A DNA stretch of 64,000 bases from NCBI GenBank assembly GCA_043228905.1, contig JBHGNT010000005.1, positions 8,618,001-8,682,000 on the forward strand, read 5' to 3'. The notes beneath the pieces were generated by a model. It searched no databases, was not told the origin of the DNA, and worked only from the letters and a program-made list of their open reading frames with translations. Of this stretch, positions 1 through 8,523 are shown one piece after another. Position numbers and translations under genes: made by a program. The stretch is from Azolla caroliniana. Lineage: Eukaryota > Plantae > Polypodiophyta. How positions within the stretch are numbered: the stretch's first letter is position 1; every line of letters starts with the position of its first letter.

Positions 1-32
1 CCCGACCAGTACAGCAACAAGGCACCAGTAGC

Positions 33-1598
33 ATGTGGCTACGGTGGGTAGGCGAGCAAATCGCCGGAGTGGTCGAGTATATAGAGGCGGAAGAGAGAGC
101 GCACCAGGAACGGTTGCTCGTCACAACCGTAGATCTAGAGACGGCCCGGTCCAGAATCCGGAGCCTTGAACAAGACTTGGACAGGGTCACAAGGGAAACA
201 CAAGTCCAAGCACCGGTGACTCCGGGCAATGTACAGAATAAAGTGTCAGAGCAACCTGTACATAGCAATCAGACCCCGGCAACGGAAACCGTTCCGGAGA
301 AAAATGCGGCACAAGCCCAAGAGCTTGCGGATTTAAAGGATGAGCTTGCTGCCCAAGAAGCGCTGAGGAGCCGCGAAAGAGAACTGAAGACGGTAGCGGA
401 GGCAGAACTCAAAAAGACTGCTGAGAATCTACGCCGGGCCGAGGAGAGCTTACGGAAAGGCCACCAAGCGTACGACCGGCTCAAGGAGGAGAAGGAGAAA
501 ATGCTGCAAGAGAAGGAGAAACTCCGGAGGAACGCCGAAACAGAAGTAGAGCGCCTGAAAGAGGAACTCCGGCAGGTAAAGGACCGGGAGGACCGGAACC
601 ATCGCCAGATCAACGGCAAGCTCAAACTAAAAACAGAGGAATTTGAGAACTTGCACCGGGAGTATAAACGGTTGCAAACGGAGCACAAGGAACGGATGGA
701 TGAGCTCCGGCAAGCAGTTGATCGGACCGCAACCGCATTCGCCAAGGAACAAGCGGAAAACAGAAGACGGTTGGAAGAGGCGGAGAAGGTTCGGACAGAG
801 CTCCTCAGGCAACAGCAGGCGGAAAAAGAAAGAGCGGCGGAGGTACTGCAGAGGCTGCAAACGACATATCAAGGGCAGCTGACGCGCTACCGAGAGCAGG
901 CGGAGGATACGTCAAATCTCATCAAGCAGTTGAAGGAGGAGCGACAAGTGGTGGAAAGCAGAGCACAAATGGGAGCAAGTCGCATCCAGGATATCATGCG
1001 GGCCTGGTTGAACCAGACCAAGAGCTTGATTGACAACGGCTCCGTCAAATGGTGGACCAAGTGGGCCACGAACGCGGCGGAACTCCAGTTGCTCCGGGCT
1101 GACGTAGAGAACCGGCGGAAGGAGGGAGAGGATTGCTATATGCTGACTTCCGAAGACTTCACCGGCATAAGAGATGAGCTTGCCGAAGACTTTCAAGCCT
1201 TGGCAGAGGACCAACTAGAGCAAGTCCGGCAACTTGTAGCTCAGCTGGACGACGACAGGCTGGAGGCGCAGATCCAGTTTGAACGCTACGAGAGGTCCCG
1301 GATCCGGGGAGAGAAAGAACGAGAACCAGTTACGGTCAACCTCAGTGATGAGGAACCGTTACTGGAAGGAGACCGGACCGGAAGCAGTCAAACGGAGATG
1401 CCGGAGCCAGAGAGGCAAACGGAGCAGCCGGAGTCAGCGAAACAAATGGAGCAGCAGCAGCAAGCAGAGCAGCCGGAGCAGCCTCAGTCCCAACCGCAAC
1501 CACAGCAGCAGCAGCAAGCACAGCCGCAACAACCACAACCGGAAGAACAAGTGGAAATTCTTGAACAAAGTAATTTGGACAATTTGGGTGAACAATGA
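33..1598 (+). CDS. Retroelement-borne long coiled-coil protein (E/Q/K/R-rich, Q/P-rich tail). The frame stays open to the window edge, so it may be 5'-partial.
   Basis: Intact 521-codon ORF. Its C-terminal block WTKWATNAAELQLLRADVENRRKEGEDCY aligns with *KEWSAQAADLHILRADAENQRKDGRGFY in the second copy at 7378-7464. It ends 33 nt before the PBS/LTR of element X1. Confidence 0.8.
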   Translation: MWLRWVGEQIAGVVEYIEAEERAHQERLLVTTVDLETARSRIRSLEQDLDRVTRETQVQAPVTPGNVQNKVSEQPVHSNQTPATETVPEKNAAQAQELADLKDELAAQEALRSRERELKTVAEAELKKTAENLRRAEESLRKGHQAYDRLKEEKEKMLQEKEKLRRNAETEVERLKEELRQVKDREDRNHRQINGKLKLKTEEFENLHREYKRLQTEHKERMDELRQAVDRTATAFAKEQAENRRRLEEAEKVRTELLRQQQAEKERAAEVLQRLQTTYQGQLTRYREQAEDTSNLIKQLKEERQVVESRAQMGASRIQDIMRAWLNQTKSLIDNGSVKWWTKWATNAAELQLLRADVENRRKEGEDCYMLTSEDFTGIRDELAEDFQALAEDQLEQVRQLVAQLDDDRLEAQIQFERYERSRIRGEKEREPVTVNLSDEEPLLEGDRTGSSQTEMPEPERQTEQPESAKQMEQQQQAEQPEQPQSQPQPQQQQQAQPQQPQPEEQVEILEQSNLDNLGEQ

Positions 1599-1631
1599 AG
1601 GGGCCGAGAAGGGTTCGACGTACAAGGTACT

Positions 1632-1648
1632 GTCCCACGGGCGTGCCA
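1632..1648 (-). promoter_or_regulatory. Primer binding site, tRNA-Arg-like (TGGCACGCCCGTGGGAC)
   Basis: Begins TGG, 2 nt from the LTR end. The same 17-mer has the same geometry at 8012-8028. It resembles the complement of a plant tRNA-Arg 3' end (recalled, not searched). Confidence 0.75.
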
Positions 1649-1650
1649 TG

Positions 1651-2070
1651 TGTTACCGGCCGGCAAGGAGTCCAAAATACGGAGTGAAGGAATTAATTAG
1701 ATATGGTTGTATATGAGCATAGTGTGGACGGACGGACTGGAAACGGTATGCCGTTCCAGATCCGGACGGATCCCGAATAGGTGCGAGAGGCACCGTTTTG
1801 TACTACGGGCCGGAAACCTATTTAAAGGCCCGGACCCTATTGTAATGACAGCGGATAATTAATAGAGATTATGATGTTTATACTTCTGTCTTGATTTCCG
1901 TTCTGTAATCACTGTTATATCTTACGCGTGTAATTAACCAAAGCAATCTAATCGTGTAACCTACGTAAGTCGGTGTAATCGTTGAATCTTAATCCTATGC
2001 CGTAATCACCCTTTGGTGAAGTGTCTCCGTGACACCTTGTGTTAGGCCTTGTCCGGCTAAGAGAATAACA
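1651..2070. repeat. LTR of element X1 (420 bp)
   Basis: TGTTA...TAACA inverted termini. TATA-like cctatttaaagg near 1817-1828. The right boundary coincides with the break in the copia A ORF. Confidence 0.75.
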
Positions 2071-5000
2071 CGAGTCATGGTCGACTTGTCGAAACGTGTG
2101 CGCCAGCCGGCCGAGCCACAAAGCTTCTTTTGCAGCGTCGGACGCAGCTACATATTCTGCTTCGGTCGTTGAGGTCGTTGTGCACTCCTGAAGTTTCGAC
2201 TTCCACGAAATTGCTCCATTGCCGAATTTGAAGCAGTATCCAGTTGTTGATTTCCGACTGTCTATACAGCCGGCGAAGTCCGAGTCGGTGTAACCGACTA
2301 CGCCTGAGGTTGAGTTCGGACCGAAAAGAATGCCGTGGTCTTTTGTGCCAACCAGATATTTGAACACATGCTTGACTGCGTTCCAATGCGATCGGCCAGG
2401 ATTGTGCATAAATCTGCTAACGACTCCTACGGCATGAGAGATATCAGGCCGTGTCGCGACCATCAGGTACATAAGGGAGCCGACTGCCGGTGCATACGGT
2501 ACCGACTTCATATCTTCCCCCTCCGGACCGGATGTCGGGCAGTCTCGGTGAGAGAGCCGAAGATTCATGGGGAGCGAGGTTGAAGCAGATTTGGCTGATT
2601 GCATGTTGAAGCGTTCCAAGACACGTCCGATATAGTCGGTCTGAGACAAAAAAAGATGTCGTTTATCGCGATGCCGACTAATCTTCATGCCAAGTATGTG
2701 TCGTGCCGGACCGAGGTCCTTCATGGCAAACTTCAACCGCAATTGCCGAATGAGATCGGCAAGTTCGCCCGCGTGGCGTCCAGAAATTAGCATGTCGTCC
2801 ACGTAAATGATGAGGAAGATGGGTGATCCATCTTGAGCTGTGTTGGTAAAAAGACAATGGTCCTCATCGCTTTTTGAGAAGCCGATCGATTGGATGAAGT
2901 CGTCGAACTTCTTGTACCATTGTCGCGGTGCCTGTTTGAGGCCGTATAGACTCTTCCTGAGTCGGCAGACTAGATGTTCTTGGCCAGTTGCCACGAAGCC
3001 TTTTGGCTGCTCCATATAAATTTCCTCTTCAAGATCACCATGGAGGAAGGTTGTTTTGACATCTAGCTGAATCAGCTCCAAGTTGTCGGCTGCCACTACG
3101 CCGAGTAGAAAACGAAGGGTTGTCATCTTCACCACTGGTGAAAAAATCTCGTCGAAGTCGACGCCATATTCTTGTCGAAAGCCCTTCGCAACTAATCTGG
3201 CCTTGTACTTTGGGGTGGTCGAATCAGACGTCTCTTTTAGTCGATAAACCCACTTGCAAGGAAGAGCACGTCGATTCTTAGGTAATTCGACCAGATCCCA
3301 AGTCTTGTTTGCCCGAATGGAGTGCATTTCCGACTCCATCGCCAGATGCCAGGTGGCTGAATCGACAGATGTCGATGCTTCTTCGTAAGACGTCGGTTCG
3401 CCGGCGTCGGTGAAGAAAATTCCAGGAGAATACCTCTCCGGAGGTTGCGACAGTCTCTCGGATCGTCGAGGTATGATTGGACTGGTCGTATCGGGTATCG
3501 AGGTCGGATGGTCCGAAAGCGAATTATTCTGTTGTGCCGAGTCAGAGTTGTCCGAGTCGGTAGTGGAAGGTTCAGCTACCCGTGAAGCTGACCGTGTGTT
3601 AAGAGCGGGGCCTTCTTGAAGGGTCGGCACATCGGAAAATGTTACCCTTCGGACTTCGATCGGTGTTTCGACTGATGGATTCATAGCCGACTCGTTGAAC
3701 ACAACGTCCGAACTTCGAACGATTTGTCTGCGTTCGGGGTCCCAGAGTCGGTATCCCATTTCGCCGTCTGATCCATATCCAAGGAAAATGCATTTCCTGG
3801 ACCGAGGTGCAAGTTTTCGGCGATCATCTTTCGGAATAAGGGCGTACGCCTCGCATCCGAAAATCCTCAGCTTGTCGTAATTCGGCTTACTGCCGATCCA
3901 TACATCCTGAGGAATTTGAAGTCCTAGAGGTCTGCTTGGCGACATATTGATTATGTGTACTGCCGTGAGTAGAGCCTCTGCCCAGAAGCCATCCGACAGT
4001 CCGGAGTGTTGGAGCATGGAAACTATCCGTTCTTGGATTGTCCGATTCATGCGTTCTGCAATCCCGTTTTGCTCCGGACTGTGTGGTGCCGTAAATTCAC
4101 GTCGGATGCCGCGTTGTCGGCAGAATTTGACGAATTCTTCTGATTTGAACTCTCCCCCATTGTCGGTCCGAAAGCATTTCAGTTTTCGGTCAGTTTGATT
4201 TTCTACCATAGCGAGCCAATCGGAGAAGATCGAGAAGACACGATCTTTGGTGCGAATTGGATAAGCCCACACCTTTCGAGTCGAATCGTCAATAAAACTG
4301 ACGAAGTAAGAGGCACCGCCGAGAGACTGATGCGGCATTGGGCCACAGACGTCCGAGTGGACTAAATCGAGAGGTCTCGTTTCTCTTGGTGCTGATGTCG
4401 GGTGTGATGCGGCTGCCTGTTTGCCATACTGGCAATGTTCGCAGAATTGATGGTCCGAGAAGGAGAGTTTAGGGATGTATCCGGCTCTAGATAGGTGCGT
4501 AATGCCGGCCTTGCTGAGGTGTCCTAATCTTCTGTGCCATAGTGATGACACAGGAATATCCACCAAAAACAGGTTACCCTCTCTTAGCGTAACATGTAAC
4601 GGATACAGTGAGTGTATCTTGGGTCCTCTAGCAAGCAGGAGGTTCCCCCTGTGGAGTGTCCACCCTCCCGAAGAAAAACCGGCACGAATGCCGTCTTCAT
4701 CTAGTTGTCCGACTGAGATCAATGGCCTTGAGAGCTCGGGTACATGTCGGACATTGTGAAGTACAAGTGTAGAGCCACCTGCAAGGTTGAGCTCTACTGT
4801 GCCGATTCCAATGATGTCACAGTGTTGCGAGTTGCCGATTCGAACTGAGTCGGAGTGACGGATCGTATATTGCCGAAATTGGGATCGATGAGGAGTCACG
4901 TGAAATGACGCGCCCGAATCTAAGAGCCATGTGCTCGATTCTTCAGTCGTGAGCAGAACTTCTGATCCGACTGGATTTTCGATTGATAGTATATTCGGGT

Positions 5001-5853
5001 CGTTTGGTAGCACATCAGCTGAGAAGCTGACGTAATTGATCTCCTCATGCCGGCCACTCTTCTTGTCTGATTTCTGAGACTTGTCGTTCTTGTTCTTGAG
5101 TGCGCGGCAGTCGGCTTTGATGTGTCCGGGTTTCTTGCAATAGTTGCAGATTCGATTATCCCGTGACTGGCTTCGTCTTCGCTGATTGTTCGGCTGCCGT
5201 GAGGAGTCTCTTCCTCGTATGTTCGATCGGTCTGTCGAACCTTGTACTACATAAACGTCGTCTGTTGAGTCTTTGGCGAAAGACTTTCTCCGAGCTGCTT
5301 CGGTCAGGATTGCGCTCGTGACTTCGGAGTATTTAACAGCCGTGGTTGACGCGTTGCACACGGTTGTGACGAAAGTTTCCCATGATGAGGGAAGGCTGCT
5401 CATGAGTACCATTGCTCTGAGTTCATCCTCGATTGCCGTCCCCTGAGATGAGATTTGGGAGCTTATGCTTTCGTACTCATTGAGATGTGCTTGAACCGAG
5501 TCTGATTCTTTCATCCGCAAGTTGTAGAGGCGCCGGATCAGAAACATCTTCGTTGCAGCGACCTTCTTTTCGTAGGTGTCCGACAGTGTTTTCCACAGTT
5601 CGAATGCTGTCGTACACGATTGCACCGTAAAGTATACCGATTCCGATAGGTGCATCCGAATCGTGGCGCAGACGATTCTGTCCAGCTTCTGCCACTCAAT
5701 TGGTTTGTATCCTTCTGGAAGTGCTTCATTTTCGATGGGATCGATTTGCCCCTTGACTATGAGATAGTCCTGCATTTGCTCCTTCCAGAAGTTGAAGTTC
5801 GATCCATCGAACTTTCGTAGACTCATTTCTGACGAGCCGGATGTTGATGTCAT
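2071..5853 (-). CDS. Copia gag-pol polyprotein, 1261 uninterrupted codons, truncated within RNase H by the X1 insertion
   Basis: CNYCKKPGHIKADC zinc knuckle; WLLDSGASFH protease; LWHRRLGH/CEHC; integrase HSDVCGP...RTDNGGEF...NGIAERMN; RT QLDVK...YVDDML; RNase H YTDSDFAG...TEAEY. The last ~40 aa of the 1301-aa ORF-track entry are read-through into the X1 LTR. Confidence 0.92.
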
Positions 5854-6392
5854 GACTCTGTCCTAAGTCGGCTACGAACTTTGGTGAAGTGCAGCGGTTT
5901 GGCCCACTCAGAGTCGTTCTAGCCGAAGTTGGACACAAGTGATGTTGATTACGGAGAGTCGGGGATTTGGTTCGGATTGACTACCGACAACTGTCTTAGT
6001 CGAGTTGAACCTAGATTTAACGATCCGACAGTACTTCAAGCCGATTCGGTTTCGGTTGACTGCAACGGTGAGAGCAATGGAACCGACTGGTCCTTCCGAT
6101 TATTCTCCAATCGAATGAAACACGAACTGGGGTTGTCCTTGAAGTCATCGTTGTGCAGGAAGCCCACCTCAAGCAGTTACGATCAAGGAAGTAGAGTACA
6201 GCCGACCGGCTTACTCCGAGTGATGATCTAACGCAGCGAGATTCAAGCTTGTGTTTGCCTACTTTCTTCTCTGTTTCTTCGAATGACGACTAGGATGAAG
6301 CGAAAGGCCGAATACTGTACAGGCTGTGATGAAGCGAAGAACCGAATGCTGTGCAGGCTGAGACGACGGCCGACAGCGGGTTGAGGAACCTC

Positions 6393-6404
6393 GCTCTGAT
6401 ACCA
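6393..6404 (-). promoter_or_regulatory. PBS (tRNA-iMet) of copia A
   Basis: gctctgatacca is the reverse complement of TGGTATCAGAGC and lies 2 nt from the LTR. Confidence 0.9.
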
Positions 6405-6406
6405 AA

Positions 6407-6701
6407 TGTTGGAGACAAGGCCGTGTCGCGGAAGATCAAGTAGCATTCGATTGGGGTTGAGTACCTGCGTATGACAGTTTCCAAGATCGTGCACAGAGAG
6501 AGAGAGAGAGAGGAGGCACAAAAGAACTCTTTCATTCAATAGAAACAATAATACAACCCACCTTACAAAAAGGTTACTAGGTCACTTTATATAGTGACCG
6601 ACTTAGGGCAACTACCATTTATGCTAATTACACAAATGGCCCAAACTTGAGCTATACAAAGGGATAGTGTGAATACGTCCATTATACACTTGTATTCGAC
6701 A
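6407..6701 (-). repeat. 5' LTR of copia A (295 bp)
   Basis: TG...CA termini, adjacent PBS, and end-to-end homology to the solo LTR at 61731-62047. Confidence 0.88.
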
Positions 6702-7914
6702 AGGAGGAGCTTAAGGCCCAGATAGCTCTAGCCGAGTTGGCAGAACAAAACCACAACAACATTCTTGGCCAACTACGGGAACAAGCTGCGAGCCGCGAAG
6801 CGGACCTCAAGCGACTGCTTGCTTTAGGTCAGTCGCGCTTGGAGAACAAGAACGAGAGGTGATGACCCTTCAGGTCTCTATCACTGAGGCCAAAGAACAT
6901 TTCATCAAAGAAGCCGAGCGGAATAGCCAACGGGAACAAGAGCTCTTCGCAGACAACCAAGAATTACGACGTCATCAAAGAGCCTTACAAGACATGGCCA
7001 ACGAACATATGCAAAAGTGGAGGATCTTGGAAAAGCAAAGAGCAAAAATTTCCGATGCGTATCACCAGTTGCAAACCGAGCACATTGCTGCCAGAGAACA
7101 GCATCGAGACGCTTGGCGACAGGAAATGGACGAAATTGTAGCTCAGCTAACTAACCGTTATGAGCAGACCATCGTGCTCATCACCGAAAAAGCAAAAGAT
7201 AATCAAGCTACTTTAGCACTCTTCGCCTGCAAAAGCCAAGAAGAAGCCAAGGCCACAAGGGACACAATGGAATTTCACCGTGCTAGCATCGGCATGGACG
7301 ATACTAAAATCAAGATCCTAATCAACAAGTATCGCCAGCAATTCACCACGAAGATCAAAGAAACGCTTCACCATGTCTAGAAGGAGTGGTCAGCCCAAGC
7401 CGCGGACCTACACATACTACGCGCGGATGCCGAGAATCAACGGAAGGATGGCCGAGGGTTTTACAAGATGGATGTCACCAGCATCCAGACCCTCGACGAG
7501 GACTTAACGGAGGAATATCATGCCTTAACAGCTTCCAACGTCGCGGCCATCAAGAAACTTTTAGAGGAATTCAACGACGATCTTATGGTGTTTCGCTTAG
7601 AAGTCGAAGCATACGAGGAGGAACGACTCGCTACCGGGATTAACAGAGGTCCCACCACCACCGAGCAAGGACCCGGGTCAACCACCACGGCAGCTCGACC
7701 GGAGGAACCTGCCTCTACAGACCTCCACATCCCACCGGGGCCACAGACTATAACCCCGACCTTGCCTGAACTGGTCCCAACAAAGGAGGCCACACACATC
7801 GGCACAGCCATCCCCGACTCGGCAACACAACCTCCATCACCAACCCCACCTGTCGAGCAACCAAACCAACCCCATGCCCCCGAGGATATCCTTGGCATAT
7901 TGGAAGAGGAATAA
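6702..7914 (+). pseudogene. Disrupted homolog of the coiled-coil ORF (element X2)
   Basis: Coiled-coil reading frame from 6704, one frameshift near 6855, and an in-frame TAG at 7378-7380 aligning to a Trp of the intact copy. Shares the LRADxENxRKxG motif and has a P/Q/T-rich tail. The 5' part is cut off by copia A. Confidence 0.75.
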
Positions 7915-8011
7915 AACCAACCTATAAGCCCTTGTAGGACCGGGCAATTTTTGTAATTTGTGTTGTTTTGCCAAATCCATGGTGAACCGTGGGTCCGACG
8001 GACAAAGTCCT

Positions 8012-8028
8012 GTCCCACGGGCGTGCCA
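8012..8028 (-). promoter_or_regulatory. Primer binding site, tRNA-Arg-like
   Basis: gtcccacgggcgtgcca is identical to 1632-1648, with a 2-nt spacer to the LTR. Confidence 0.75.
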
Positions 8029-8030
8029 GG

Positions 8031-8523
8031 TGTTGTCCATAGGCTAGAAAAAAATATATATTATGTAAACTCGTCGTTAAGTAGGAGTAGGTGAGGAAGG
8101 TAGAGTTTAGGAAAACGTCGAGTTTCGAACCTCACAGTAAGCCGACGGCTCGGCTATGTATGAAGAAAAAGTATATAAACCGAGGTCTGCGTACCTCGGC
8201 AGGGGGGATACCTAGATCATTCTGAGCGAAAGTAATATCATAGGAGCAAGCTCTATACGTACGGTTTCTGGTTGAGGCTGAGTACTGTAATCATTGTAAG
8301 CTTTATCATGGAATATAAGTTTCATCTTTTCTAAACTTCTATCTGTGTATTCTCCCCGTATTTGTAAATTGGGTTGCGTTCATACTTAACGGGTTGTAGC
8401 CCATGTACGATCCTTGTTCTCCTCTCTTTTTCCCCGTGTAGAAGAAGCTTCCACGTAACACGATCCCTTGACACTGATAGCCTATGGGCTCATCAAAGGT
8501 GTTTTCCAAAGGAACGGATAACA
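8031..8523. repeat. LTR of element X2 (493 bp)
   Basis: TGTTGTCC...GGATAACA termini (7/8 inverted match) and tatataaacc near 8172-8180. Confidence 0.72.

Larger units (their letters stand above)
1..2070 (-). mobile_element. LTR retroelement X1 (probably non-chromovirus Ty3/gypsy, Tat-like by PBS), partial, inserted into the RNase H of copia A
   Basis: LTR 1651-2070, 2-nt spacer, then a TGG-starting PBS on the minus strand. Copia A coding sequence begins abruptly at 2071. Gag-pol is not in the window, so the superfamily is inferred. Confidence 0.7.
2071..6701 (-). mobile_element. Ty1/copia retrotransposon A (Tnt1-like), 3' end displaced by the X1 insertion
   Basis: 5' LTR 6407-6701, PBS TGGTATCAGAGC at 6393-6404, and a gag-PR-INT-RT-RH ORF in copia order. 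Confidence 0.95.
6702..8523 (-). mobile_element. LTR retroelement X2 (relative of X1), inserted into the integrase of copia B
   Basis: Same layout as X1: coiled-coil ORF, PBS 8012-8028, LTR 8031-8523. Copia B integrase (IDDHS.KLW) starts at 8524. Confidence 0.72.

Noticed and set aside
33-1598. Host myosin-, trichohyalin- or SMC-like gene
   Set aside because: It is intronless, lies inside an LTR-bounded insertion, and has a homolog in the same position in a second element. Any such similarity would be generic coiled-coil composition.
1599-1650. Polypurine tract of a plus-strand element, making the ORF a 3' env-like gene
   Set aside because: The sequence abutting both LTRs is not purine-rich and is a TGG-type PBS on the minus strand with a 2-nt spacer. 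No transmembrane segment is visible in the ORF. This reading is disfavoured but not fully excluded without the far end.
1948-2070. Novel C-terminal extension on the copia polyprotein
   Set aside because: It is read-through into the inserted X1 LTR after RNase H is interrupted.
7989-8028. tRNA gene
   Set aside because: Only a T-arm and 3' acceptor-like portion with encoded CCA is present, with no D or anticodon arm. A PBS explains it better.
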